In this document: piece by piece, positions 40,067-49,391 of the stretch
Layout: each line of letters opens with the position of its first letter
How positions within the stretch are numbered: position 1 is the stretch's first letter
Origin: a virus
Reading direction: 5' to 3' (one strand)
IMG/VR virus record: IMGVR_UViG_3300031963_000105
Length of the DNA stretch: 64,000 nucleotides
Notes under the pieces: model-generated
The model's input: only the letters and a program-made list of their open reading frames with translations
Database searches by the model: none
Told to the model about the DNA's origin: nothing
Made by a program: the position numbers and the translations under genes

Positions 40067-40876
40067 TTAATATTTACAATTGTCTAATATCATTTTAGAT
40101 TCTTTTTTTAAATCTAAACACTTGATTAATTCATAATCTTTCTCGCCATTAACCCATATTATATATGAACTGGGTACACTAAAATTAGTTATTTTTTCCA
40201 TGATAGTAGAATATAATGAAAGCTGTAAGCTATATTTAGTAAATTCACATTGATCTAAATGTGATAAGCAATCTATCATTTTATCACCTTTAAATCCTTT
40301 TCTTTTGATTTCTTTGTTTGTTTTATAATCAAAGATAACGAACTCATTCTTAACGAAATTATAAGAAAGATTATCAATAGTTCCACAAACACCAGTTTCA
40401 GAATCACCTATTACAAATTCGGACTTAATTATTATATGTTCTTTTTTCCACCAGTCGTAAAAGTTTTTAAAATTTTTAATTAATAGTGCTACGTCTTGAT
40501 AATATTCTTTTATTGAATTTTTAGTCTTAAATGTTTTCTTATCTTCAAAAAAGAAATTTATAGCCGTTTTATCTAAAGAAATTTGCTTTCTATTAAAAAA
40601 GTTTTCAACGTATTTATGAAATTCAGATCCTTTATGACAAGAATAATCTCTTTTAAAGTCCCATTGCTCTAGAATTTCTTCAACTGAAAATCCATCTCTT
40701 TTGGCTACCACTTCTGCTATAGCTTTAGAATTAAAAGGTTTTTCGAATTTTTTTATCAACTGAGAAACTGACATTCTAGCTGGTATTCCATCTATAGTAT
40801 ATTTATGATCCTTTTCATAAAACAATATATTAGAAAACGCATTCTCTAATTTTATTAGAGTTTCAAAATTTATCAT
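40067..40876 (-). CDS. PD-(D/E)xK exonuclease (Cas4/PDDEXK_1-like)
   Basis: SVSQLI, GSEFHKYVE, SEFVI...GTIDNL, IFDYKTNK, YSLQLSLY. Confidence 0.85.
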   Translation of the reverse strand: MINFETLIKLENAFSNILFYEKDHKYTIDGIPARMSVSQLIKKFEKPFNSKAIAEVVAKRDGFSVEEILEQWDFKRDYSCHKGSEFHKYVENFFNRKQISLDKTAINFFFEDKKTFKTKNSIKEYYQDVALLIKNFKNFYDWWKKEHIIIKSEFVIGDSETGVCGTIDNLSYNFVKNEFVIFDYKTNKEIKRKGFKGDKMIDCLSHLDQCEFTKYSLQLSLYSTIMEKITNFSVPSSYIIWVNGEKDYELIKCLDLKKESKMILDNCKY

Positions 40877-42075
40877 TTTCCAAATCCTATTACTCGTTCT
40901 TGTTTCTTTTCACTTTTTTCTGGTTTATGTAAAAGATTGTATATATCAGCAATAACCATATTTTCTGTTATATTATCATCTATTTGTTTTTTAGAAAACC
41001 CAAGATGTTTAGCTAGTTTTTTTGAATCTTCAAGATCTAAAGGACCAAATTCATAATCGATTTGAAGTCTACCTTTTCTTCTTAAAGCTTCATCAATATC
41101 TTGTTTTGGGCAGTTGTATGTTAAAACAATAGGACATTTTAAAATATCACCTAATATACCATCTGATATATTTAATAAAGATGTTACAGAAGAAGAATCT
41201 ATTCCATCATTTAATCTTTTAATGATAGCCTTTTCCGCATCTTCAAGAATCAATACAGAATTTTTCTTCTGTAAAAGAGATGCAAAATTGCTTGGGTTGT
41301 TGATAAAACTATCAACCATAATAGCTGGGATATATATGAAATCTTTTTTTACTTGAGTAGTTAAATATTTTAAGAAAGTACTTTTTCCTGTTCCGGGAGG
41401 ACCATGGAACATGTAAAGCCCTTTATTATTTTCAGATAACCTTTTTACGATTTCCTTTTCAACTGTTAAAAATTTACTACCATAATTTAATTCTATGTTA
41501 ATATTATCCGGCAAATCTAGTTTTATAGGTTCAAAAACAAATTCATCATATCGGTTTTTAATAAAGAGATGAATTTTCGAAAAGTTACAATCAACTATGA
41601 ACGGTTCAAAATCTCGTAGGGGAAGATCATGATTTAGGGATGTATAATAAATCATCATTTCATATGTTTTATTTTCAAGATCCTTTAACTTTTCTTGTGC
41701 GTCTTCTGGTTCTCCAAAAGATACCAAATCTCCTTTAGAATTTGTAAAATATGGCACCTCATCCAATTCGGCTTCTTTAACGATTATCTTAACAAAAACG
41801 TTTTTATATTTAAAAATAAAAGTTCCGGCTTTAAAATTTCTATTGTTATTCAACAAAGATTTTATTTTACCGGATACTGAATTATAAACCAAGCTTCCAT
41901 TTTCCAATAAAAAATCTAAAATATTAGACTTAAATGGTTCGTTTACATAAAAAACACAAGGAGCGCCTTCGTTTAAAGAACTCAAATGTAAAAAAATAGG
42001 AAATTCATTTGTTGAACCGTTACTTTTATAGAATCCAGTTAGATCAGCTTTAAATTTAGTTTTTGTTGTAAACAT
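40873..42075 (-). CDS. AAA+ ATPase
   Basis: GPPGTGKST, LILEDAE, LLNISDGILG, ALRRKGRL. Confidence 0.9.
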   Translation of the reverse strand: MFTTKTKFKADLTGFYKSNGSTNEFPIFLHLSSLNEGAPCVFYVNEPFKSNILDFLLENGSLVYNSVSGKIKSLLNNNRNFKAGTFIFKYKNVFVKIIVKEAELDEVPYFTNSKGDLVSFGEPEDAQEKLKDLENKTYEMMIYYTSLNHDLPLRDFEPFIVDCNFSKIHLFIKNRYDEFVFEPIKLDLPDNINIELNYGSKFLTVEKEIVKRLSENNKGLYMFHGPPGTGKSTFLKYLTTQVKKDFIYIPAIMVDSFINNPSNFASLLQKKNSVLILEDAEKAIIKRLNDGIDSSSVTSLLNISDGILGDILKCPIVLTYNCPKQDIDEALRRKGRLQIDYEFGPLDLEDSKKLAKHLGFSKKQIDDNITENMVIADIYNLLHKPEKSEKKQERVIGFGK

Positions 42076-42274
42076 ATCACCATACTACACGGGAAAAAAA
42101 TATTTTCAATAAAATTTTTTATTTTCAATCTATTGACTGAAAGATAAACAATTTATAACAAAAAAACAAATAAAAATATTTTTATAATTTTTTACGCATA
42201 TATTTATAAACAAAGGTAATACAATTTATTTTTTGATTATTTTTTTAAAAATACTTTATAAAATAAGTATTAAC

Positions 42275-42643
42275 ATGAAAAGGTTGACCAAAAAACAAGT
42301 ACTGGACATTCATGAAAAGTGTCTTAATTTGGTTAAAAGAAAACCACCTGAGTTTTTTCAACTCAAAAAAATGAAAAAATATCAGGGTTCATGCAATTGG
42401 ACCGATATAGAAATTGATTATAGAACAGAACTTTTATCAACAGCATATCACGAATGCGTACATTATCTATTTCCGGATTTTTCAGAATCGATGGTTCTTT
42501 ATACCGAAAAAAGAATTGTAAATGTATGTGATCCATTTGATATTTCATATTTTTTAAAAATTCTAGCGAATAAACTTTACAAATCAGAATTTCAAAAGTA
42601 TATATTAAAACACCGTAAAACTAAAAAGAACAAAACAACATGA
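42275..42643 (+). CDS. Small HExxH metallopeptidase-like protein
   Basis: TAYHECVHYLF; start at 42275 after AATAAGTA (42262-42269). Confidence 0.6.
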   Translation: MKRLTKKQVLDIHEKCLNLVKRKPPEFFQLKKMKKYQGSCNWTDIEIDYRTELLSTAYHECVHYLFPDFSESMVLYTEKRIVNVCDPFDISYFLKILANKLYKSEFQKYILKHRKTKKNKTT

Positions 42644-43611
42644 TATTCGAAGAACAAATCTCGCGCAAACCTAACCTTTACCCTTGGACCGATGAATTTA
42701 TTGAAGCTATGCACAATGGTTTTTGGACTGATAAAGAATTTTCATTCAAGTCTGATGTTCAACAATTTAAAGTAAAACTTACTGAACAAGAAAAAGAAAT
42801 CATAGTTAGAACTCTTTCCGCTATTGGACAAATCGAAATTGCGGTTAAAACATTTTGGTCTAAGTTGGGAGAGAATCTACCTCATCCATCTCTTGCTGAT
42901 TTAGGTTTTGTTATGGCTAATGTAGAAGTCATCCACAATAATGCATATGAAAGATTGATTACTACATTAGGATTAGAAGATGTTTTTGAAAAAAATTTAA
43001 AACTCGACTGGATTCAAGGTCGTGTAAAATATCTTAAAAAATATACACACCGTTTTTATAAAGATAGTAAGAAACAATATCTTTATGCATTAATTTTATT
43101 CACATTGTTTGTCGAAAACGTTTCTTTGTTTTCACAATTTTATGTAATCAATTGGTTTGCTAGACATAAGAATGTTCTTAAAGATACAGATCAACAAGTA
43201 AAATATACACGCAATGAAGAAAATATACACGCTCTGGTTGGTATTAAAATCATTAATACAATACGTAATGAATATCCCGATCTTTTTGACGAAGAATTGG
43301 TTGAAAAGATTGTAAGCGAAGCAAAAGAAGCATATGAATCGGAATCTAAAATTATTGATTGGATGGTAAATGGAATAAAGGAAGAAGGTTTAAGTGCTAC
43401 AATTCTAAAAGAATTTGTAAAAAACAGAATCAATGAATCTTTAACTCAAATTAAATTTCCAAAAGCATTTGAAGTTGATAAAGAAATTTTATCTTCTACT
43501 ATGTGGTTTGAGGAAGAATTATTGGGGAATAACATGACGGATTTTTTCCATTCTCGTCCAACAGAATATTCTAAGAAAAATCAATCCTTTTCAGAAGATG
43601 ATTTATTTTAA
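42640..43611 (+). CDS. nrdB: Ribonucleotide reductase class I small subunit
   Basis: FWTDKEF, EVIHNNAY, FVENVSLFSQF, RNEENIH diiron motifs; C-terminal DFF...EY. Confidence 0.95.
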   Translation: MIFEEQISRKPNLYPWTDEFIEAMHNGFWTDKEFSFKSDVQQFKVKLTEQEKEIIVRTLSAIGQIEIAVKTFWSKLGENLPHPSLADLGFVMANVEVIHNNAYERLITTLGLEDVFEKNLKLDWIQGRVKYLKKYTHRFYKDSKKQYLYALILFTLFVENVSLFSQFYVINWFARHKNVLKDTDQQVKYTRNEENIHALVGIKIINTIRNEYPDLFDEELVEKIVSEAKEAYESESKIIDWMVNGIKEEGLSATILKEFVKNRINESLTQIKFPKAFEVDKEILSSTMWFEEELLGNNMTDFFHSRPTEYSKKNQSFSEDDLF

Positions 43612-43765
43612 AGTACCTAAAACTCCAGAGGAAGTATCGGCTATTTACAAGTCTATTCAGGATGAATTGGTCGAGTTCGAACCAAATGAAACAGTCGAAG
43701 AACTATCAAAATCTTATGCTTTAGCTCAAGAGGAAATCATTAACGAATTATCAGCTAAATTTTGA
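43598..43765 (+). CDS. 55-aa acidic hypothetical protein (not in the ORF track)
   Basis: MIYFKVPKTPEEVSAIYKSIQDELVEFEPNETVEELSKSYALAQEEIINELSAKF; fills the nrdB-nrdA gap. Confidence 0.55.
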   Translation: MIYFKVPKTPEEVSAIYKSIQDELVEFEPNETVEELSKSYALAQEEIINELSAKF

Positions 43766-43793
43766 TTGCTATTCAGCTTCAATTTGCTAAGAT
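43766..43793 (+). promoter_or_regulatory. sigma70-like promoter for nrdA
   Basis: TTGCTA-16 nt-TAAGAT. Confidence 0.4.
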
Positions 43794-43809
43794 ATAAACA
43801 ACACATTTT

Positions 43810-45465
43810 ATGGAAAAATATATATATTGGCTTAACAAAGATTCGCGTAAATTTTTAGAACGAGGATATTTGTTAGAGGGAGAAACACCAGAACAACGAA
43901 TCCGAGATATAGCAGAAGCCGCAGGAAAATACTTAAACAGTACAGACTTTGCTGACAAGTTTGAGGATTACATGCATCGTGGGTTTTACTCTTTGAGTTC
44001 TCCCATTTGGGCTAATTTTGGCCGTAAAAGAGGATTGCCTATATCTTGCTTTGGGTCTTATGTTGGTGATACAATGGAAAACATAATGGAAAAAGTTTCT
44101 GAGGTAGCATTGATGACAAAACATGGTGGAGGAACATCAGCTTACTTTGGAGCATTAAGAGGAAGAGGAACACCAATCTCTTCCGGTGGAGAATCGACAG
44201 GTTCGGTTCACTTCATGGAGCTTTATGACAAGCTCATGGAAGTCGTTTCTCAAGGTAGTGTTCGCAGGGGATCCTTTGCGGCATATCTTCCAATCGACCA
44301 TCCAGACATTGAAGAATTTTTAAAGATTCGCGGGGAGGGACATCCAATTCAAAATCTTTCTATTGGTGTTTGTGTGTCTGATGAATGGATGAAGAAAATG
44401 GTTGATGGGGACAAAGAAGCTCGTAGAATTTGGGGTCTTGTTATCAAGAAACGTTTTGAATCGGGGTACCCTTACATCTTCTTTAGTGATAATGCTAACA
44501 ATCAAGCACCTCAAATCTATAAAGACAAGGGGTTAAAAATTAACAACTCTAATCTATGTTCTGAAATTATGCTTTCTAATTCGGAAGATGAATCTTTTGT
44601 ATGTGATCTTTCATCTTTAAATTTGGAAACTTGGGAAGAATGGAAAGCCACCGATGCAACAGAAGTTTTGGTATATTTTCTAGATGCTGTAATGTCAGAA
44701 TTTATTGAAAAAACCAAAGGGATTAAATTCATGGAAGCCGCTAGAAATTTTGCTATTAATCAAAGAGCATTAGGAATTGGGGTTCTTGGGTGGCATTCTT
44801 TATTACAATCCAAGATGATTGGGTTTGAATCGATGGAGGCTAAAATGTTAAACAATGCAGTATGGAAAGGAATCAGAGAACGCGCTAATTATGCATCTAG
44901 ATTTTTAGCTAAAAATTATGGGAATGCTCCAATTTACGAAGGAACAGAATACACAAGAAGAAATACAACAACTCTTGCTGTTGCACCTACAACATCATCG
45001 AGTTTTATTCTCGGTCAAGTATCTCCAAGTATAGAACCTCTTAATTCAAACTACTTTGTAAAAGATTTAGCAAAAGGTAAATTTACATATAAGAATCCAT
45101 ATCTTAAAAAACTTCTAAAGGAAAAGGGTAAAGATGACGATGATACTTGGAAGTCTATCCTTATTAAAGGTGGAAGTGTTCAGCATTTAGATTTTCTTTC
45201 CCAAGAAGAAAAGGACGTATTTAAAACATTTGGTGAAATTTCTCAAAAAGAAATTATTATTCAAGCAGCACAACGTCAAAAATATATTGATCAGGGTCAA
45301 TCATTGAATATTATGATTCCTCCAAATACCAAACCAAAAGAAGTTAATGAGCTTATGATATTTGCTTGGGAACAAGGAATTAAATCTTTGTATTATCAAA
45401 GAAGTGCAAATCCCGCACAGGAATTGGCGCGTTCAATTTTAACATGCAAATCTTGTGAGTCTTAA
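43810..45465 (+). CDS. nrdA: Ribonucleotide reductase class I large subunit (no ATP cone)
   Basis: PISCF, GGGTS, VSQGSVRRG, SNLCSEI, RALGIG, APTTSSS, QGQSLN, KSLYY, C-terminal CKSC. Confidence 0.96.
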   Translation: MEKYIYWLNKDSRKFLERGYLLEGETPEQRIRDIAEAAGKYLNSTDFADKFEDYMHRGFYSLSSPIWANFGRKRGLPISCFGSYVGDTMENIMEKVSEVALMTKHGGGTSAYFGALRGRGTPISSGGESTGSVHFMELYDKLMEVVSQGSVRRGSFAAYLPIDHPDIEEFLKIRGEGHPIQNLSIGVCVSDEWMKKMVDGDKEARRIWGLVIKKRFESGYPYIFFSDNANNQAPQIYKDKGLKINNSNLCSEIMLSNSEDESFVCDLSSLNLETWEEWKATDATEVLVYFLDAVMSEFIEKTKGIKFMEAARNFAINQRALGIGVLGWHSLLQSKMIGFESMEAKMLNNAVWKGIRERANYASRFLAKNYGNAPIYEGTEYTRRNTTTLAVAPTTSSSFILGQVSPSIEPLNSNYFVKDLAKGKFTYKNPYLKKLLKEKGKDDDDTWKSILIKGGSVQHLDFLSQEEKDVFKTFGEISQKEIIIQAAQRQKYIDQGQSLNIMIPPNTKPKEVNELMIFAWEQGIKSLYYQRSANPAQELARSILTCKSCES

Positions 45466-45482
45466 ATAAATATATAAACATA

Positions 45483-45902
45483 ATGAAAGTAAAATTATTA
45501 AACGAAAAAGCAAAAGCACCAGAAAGAGCAACAGCAAACGCCGCAGGATATGATATCTTTTCATGTTCAGATTATGTTATCTATCCCCATACTAGAGTTT
45601 TACTTAAAACTGGAATATCAGTAGAATTACCAGAAGGATATTACGGAAGAGTAGCTCCAAAATCTGGTTTAGCTTTAAACCACGGAATAGATGTAATGGC
45701 TGGTGTTATAGATTCGGATTACAGAGGAGAAATATCTGTTATATTGTATAATACCGATAAAGACAATCTTTACGTTGTTAAATCTGGAGATAAAATAGCT
45801 CAACTTATAATAGAAAAATATTATCCGTTTGGGCTTCAGGTCGTTGACGAACTAAGCGAATCTGAACGAGGTTCAGATGGATTTGGGTCAACTGGTAAGT
45901 AA
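45483..45902 (+). CDS. dut: Trimeric dUTPase
   Basis: AGYDI, GRVAPKSGLA, GVIDSDYRGE, IAQLI, RGSDGFGSTG. Confidence 0.97.
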   Translation: MKVKLLNEKAKAPERATANAAGYDIFSCSDYVIYPHTRVLLKTGISVELPEGYYGRVAPKSGLALNHGIDVMAGVIDSDYRGEISVILYNTDKDNLYVVKSGDKIAQLIIEKYYPFGLQVVDELSESERGSDGFGSTGK

Positions 45903-45916
45903 GTATATATTATAGT

Positions 45917-46468
45917 ATGTATTCCAACCAAAAAGATCAAATTAATTTAGAAGAAGTTTATAAAAATATTCATTCTGAAATAAACGAAGCTCAAGTACCA
46001 GATGCTTCATTTGGAAACGCAGTTGCTTTTTTGGGGATGATAGCTTTACCAGTAGCTATGGAATTTGTAATGAATAGATACAAAGGTTTTATTAGAAATA
46101 AAAACATCAAAGGTCTAACAGATACAATAGTTTCAACTATCAAAAATGATTCCGAACTTCAAAACAAAATTGAAAGTTTAAAAAAGGAAGCTGACGCTTC
46201 AAAAAGTGAAGAATATACAACAGCAATTAAACAATTATTATCAAAATCTATAAAATATAATGAAACCTTCAGTAACGAAGTTCAAAATGTATATGAAGAT
46301 AAAATTATTAAAGAAATATTAAATTTACTTCCAAATAACTTTAGTGGAAAAACAAACGATCAAATAACTAAAGAAGTTCAAAGAAACATAAATGTTTCAA
46401 ACGCAGAACAACAAAACCAACAGAGAAAAAGAATGGGTCTTCCATCTGTTAGACCAATGAGACTTTAA
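45917..46468 (+). CDS. Hypothetical protein with CTS-like N-terminus and one hydrophobic helix
   Basis: MYSNQKDQINLEEVYKNIHSEINEA; GTAAGTA box upstream. Confidence 0.7.
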   Translation: MYSNQKDQINLEEVYKNIHSEINEAQVPDASFGNAVAFLGMIALPVAMEFVMNRYKGFIRNKNIKGLTDTIVSTIKNDSELQNKIESLKKEADASKSEEYTTAIKQLLSKSIKYNETFSNEVQNVYEDKIIKEILNLLPNNFSGKTNDQITKEVQRNINVSNAEQQNQQRKRMGLPSVRPMRL

Positions 46469-46470
46469 TT

Positions 46471-46608
46471 ATGGCAGGAAAAGGGGATAAACCAAGACCA
46501 ATAGTAAAAAAACAATACGATAGTAATTTTGATAAAATAGTTTGGAATAAACCAAACGTTTTCAAAGAAGTAAAACAAAAAAATAACAAAATAATTTACA
46601 AATATTAA
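46471..46608 (+). CDS. 45-aa small basic protein (not in the ORF track)
   Basis: MAGKGDKPRPIVKKQYDSNFDKIVW..., resembling a recurrent GKGxKPRP...NFDxI phage microprotein pattern. Confidence 0.6.
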   Translation: MAGKGDKPRPIVKKQYDSNFDKIVWNKPNVFKEVKQKNNKIIYKY

Positions 46609-46613
46609 TTTTC

Positions 46614-46802
46614 ATGAGAGGTATAGAAAATTGTATTTTTTTAAAAGATGAAATCTTTTATGCGGATTTAGTCAAGTGGGAAGAATTATCAGATATTCCT
46701 TTAGAAATAAATGATGTTTTCGATTTTAAAATTGACAACAAAAAATATTGTGTTAAAGTTGTTAGTATCATCGGTGATGATGCTAAACTTAAACAAATAT
46801 GA
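46614..46802 (+). CDS. Hypothetical protein
   Basis: 62-aa ORF coupled to guaC by an ATGA overlap. Confidence 0.55.
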   Translation: MRGIENCIFLKDEIFYADLVKWEELSDIPLEINDVFDFKIDNKKYCVKVVSIIGDDAKLKQI

Positions 46803-47734
46803 AAAAATGTTATTCGTATAAAGATATATATTTAATTCCAAAATTTTCCGATCTACAATCTAGAAGTAAAGGGGATACTTCAGTTTTATTTGGAAATAAA
46901 ACTTTTGATCTTCCCGTGATGCCATCTAACATGAAATCTGTAATAGATTTAAACTTATGTAGATGGTTGTCAGAAAATAACTATATGTATGTTATGCATA
47001 GGTTTGATGATATAACAATTCCATTCGTAAGAAAAGCAAACGAAGAAAGCTGGAAAACAATATCAATAAGTATTGGAGTTAACGAAAATAGCATTTCTGA
47101 ATTAATGGCCATATACCAACTTGGTTATAGAGTTGATTTTATAACAATAGATGTAGCTCATGGTCATCACCTAAAAGTTAAAAGTATGATAAGCTTTATT
47201 AAAAAATTCTTTAAGAATACTTTTGTTATCGCTGGAAATACAGCATCAGCAGAAGCAACTAAAGATTTAGAAGATTGGGGTGCTGATGCTACTAAATGTT
47301 GCATAGGAAGCGGTATGGCTTGTAGTACAAAGTATAAAACAGGCTTTCATGTTCCCGCGTTTAGTTGCGTGGAAATGTGTGCTACAGTGGCTAAAAAACC
47401 AATTATAGCAGATGGTGGGGTAGTCCACTATGGAGATATAGCAAAAGCTCTTGTAGCCGGTGCTACGATGGTTATGTGCGGTGGATTGTTTGCGTCATGT
47501 TCCGACTCTCCCGCCCCAGTAGATAATAAAGGTGAAAAAATATATTTCGGAAACGCATCGGAAAGAGCAAAGGGAGAAAATAAACACGTAGAAGGATTTG
47601 AAGTTTCGTTAAAATCTGATATTTCAGTAAAAGAAAAATTAAAAGAAATTAAAGAAGCTCTTCAAAGTTCTATAAGTTATGCGGGTGGTTCTGATCTTAA
47701 ATGTTTTTCTAATATTGAGTATATAATTCAATAA
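46799..47734 (+). CDS. guaC: GMP reductase
   Basis: YSYKDIYLIP, PSNMKSVID, VMHRF, TIDVAHGH, IAGN, IGSGMACSTK (catalytic Cys), IIADGG, GDIAKA, SSISYAGG; no CBS domain. Confidence 0.9.
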   Translation: MKKCYSYKDIYLIPKFSDLQSRSKGDTSVLFGNKTFDLPVMPSNMKSVIDLNLCRWLSENNYMYVMHRFDDITIPFVRKANEESWKTISISIGVNENSISELMAIYQLGYRVDFITIDVAHGHHLKVKSMISFIKKFFKNTFVIAGNTASAEATKDLEDWGADATKCCIGSGMACSTKYKTGFHVPAFSCVEMCATVAKKPIIADGGVVHYGDIAKALVAGATMVMCGGLFASCSDSPAPVDNKGEKIYFGNASERAKGENKHVEGFEVSLKSDISVKEKLKEIKEALQSSISYAGGSDLKCFSNIEYIIQ

Positions 47735-47752
47735 AGAATAAATATTAACTAG

Positions 47753-48364
47753 ATGTACACTCTAGTTAATAATTTATCAGGTAAACCTAAAAACTGTAAC
47801 GCAGGATATAATAATTCTTGGGTTGAAGTATTAAACAACACCGATAGAGAATTATTCGCTCAAGCGTCTTACATAACAAACTTTGATGATTTAAAGGTAA
47901 ACATATCTACCGAAAATATAACAGTAGGTGCTCTTGAAATCAAAGATGGAAATTCAAACCTAAAGGCTGACGTAGCTTCTGCTGGAGGTTATAATGCATT
48001 AAGAGTATTATCACAAGATCTTGAATCGTCAGTGGATGATATTTCAATAGGAGATAAGTATGGAAATCATTTTGCGGAAATAGAACCGACTCATTCGGCG
48101 TTAAAAGTCTATCCGGTAATAAAAGGTGCAGGCTTTACAAAATGTGAAACAAGAACATCGGGCACTCCTTCTTTTATTTCAAATCAAATTCTCATTCATA
48201 ATAATCAAGACCAAGATGTTTCAGTTTCATTAACATTAACATCTGGAATGTCATGTCTAATTCCTGTTGGTAACAAGTTATCGCCCAACAATATAATGAA
48301 TTTAGACTTGTCTGTATTAGACGTAAACGATTACGCGGGTTGCCAAATTACATTCTTTTCCTAA
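47753..48364 (+). CDS. Hypothetical late protein, beta-rich, possibly structural
   Basis: AATAAATA box upstream; S/T/N-rich beta-strand pattern. Confidence 0.65.
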   Translation: MYTLVNNLSGKPKNCNAGYNNSWVEVLNNTDRELFAQASYITNFDDLKVNISTENITVGALEIKDGNSNLKADVASAGGYNALRVLSQDLESSVDDISIGDKYGNHFAEIEPTHSALKVYPVIKGAGFTKCETRTSGTPSFISNQILIHNNQDQDVSVSLTLTSGMSCLIPVGNKLSPNNIMNLDLSVLDVNDYAGCQITFFS

Positions 48365-48380
48365 TAAGTAGTAAATAACT

Positions 48381-49223
48381 ATGTTTACTATTATATTAGC
48401 TATTACAGCTTTCATCGTTGCTGGTTGCGCGGCTTACTTTTCTGTTCAAGGATTAGCGGCTTTATATGCAGGATCATACCTAGCGGTTTGCATAATGGCT
48501 GGTTCTTTAGAAATAGGAAAATTAGTAGCTGCTTCTTATTTAAAAAGACATTGGAAAGAAACAAATTTTATATTAAAGTTTTATTTGATCTTGGCCGTTG
48601 TAACATTAATGGGAATAACATCACTTGGAATATTTGGATTTTTAACGTCCGCATATCAAAAAAGTTATTCTGAATTTGAAATAGTCAGTACAAAAAAAGA
48701 AATATTAATTTCTAAAAAAGATAACGTTGCACTTGAAATATCTTCTATCAAAAATAGATTAGATACTTTAAACGGTATTAGAGTCACTCAAGAAAAAAGA
48801 GTTCAAGACGCGGGGAACTATAAAGTCCCTAGAGAACAAGCATACGAAGCTATAAACAAAGCCAACTTAGAAATTGAAAAACTTCAAAATAAAAGTGATT
48901 CTTTAAATGAAGAATTAAAAAATTATGACATAGAAATAATAGGTTTAAAAACCGAAGAAAACAAATCAAAAGATATAGGAACTTTAAAGTTTGTATCTAA
49001 TCTATTTTCGGTTCCTATAGAAACTGTTATAAAATGGTTTACTATCTTAATAGTTTTAGTTTTCGATCCTTTAGCATTAGCGTTGATATTAGCTTATAAT
49101 AACATCGTAACCAAACCAAAAAAGGTAAACGAAACGGTAGAAGATAAAAAAGATATACCCGAAGAAAAAAAAGTTAAAAAAATATTTAATCCATTTCTAA
49201 AAGTAAAATATAAAGATAAATAA
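48381..49223 (+). CDS. Multi-pass membrane protein with coiled coil
   Basis: Three N-terminal TM helices (AAYFSVQGLAAL, MAGSLEIGKLV), coiled coil, C-terminal TM (IVLVFDPLALAL). Confidence 0.8.
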   Translation: MFTIILAITAFIVAGCAAYFSVQGLAALYAGSYLAVCIMAGSLEIGKLVAASYLKRHWKETNFILKFYLILAVVTLMGITSLGIFGFLTSAYQKSYSEFEIVSTKKEILISKKDNVALEISSIKNRLDTLNGIRVTQEKRVQDAGNYKVPREQAYEAINKANLEIEKLQNKSDSLNEELKNYDIEIIGLKTEENKSKDIGTLKFVSNLFSVPIETVIKWFTILIVLVFDPLALALILAYNNIVTKPKKVNETVEDKKDIPEEKKVKKIFNPFLKVKYKDK

Positions 49224-49229
49224 TAAACT

Positions 49230-49391
49230 ATGAAATATTCTTACGATAGGTCGTATAGGGATTCTTTAGCTGAAGAAGTTGAAAGAATAATAAAAAAACT
49301 AGACGACGAATCGAAAGCTACTAAGGAATCATGGTTTCATAAATTAATCAATAAGATTAAACGTATCTTACGCCTTAATAGTCATACCTAA
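49230..49391 (+). CDS. 53-aa hypothetical protein (not in the ORF track)
   Basis: MKYSYDRSYRDSLAEEVERIIKKLDDESKATKESWFHKLINKIKRILRLNSHT; TAAATA box upstream. Confidence 0.5.
   Translation: MKYSYDRSYRDSLAEEVERIIKKLDDESKATKESWFHKLINKIKRILRLNSHT

Noticed and set aside
40067-40876. The Cas4-like nuclease as evidence of a CRISPR system
   Set aside because: No other cas genes or array, and no four-Cys Fe-S pattern; stand-alone PD-(D/E)xK nucleases are common in phages.
42076-42274. AT-rich intergenic region as a replication origin; a 14-nt match TTCAATAAAATTTT shared with about 57115
   Set aside because: No iterons or DnaA-like boxes; the region is explained by divergent promoters, and the match is plausible by chance in AT-rich DNA.
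2443-45465. Introns, inteins or homing endonucleases in DNA polymerase, helicase, terminase or RNR
   Set aside because: Each is a single uninterrupted ORF of ordinary size, with no intein splice motifs or LAGLIDADG/HNH/GIY-YIG inserts seen.
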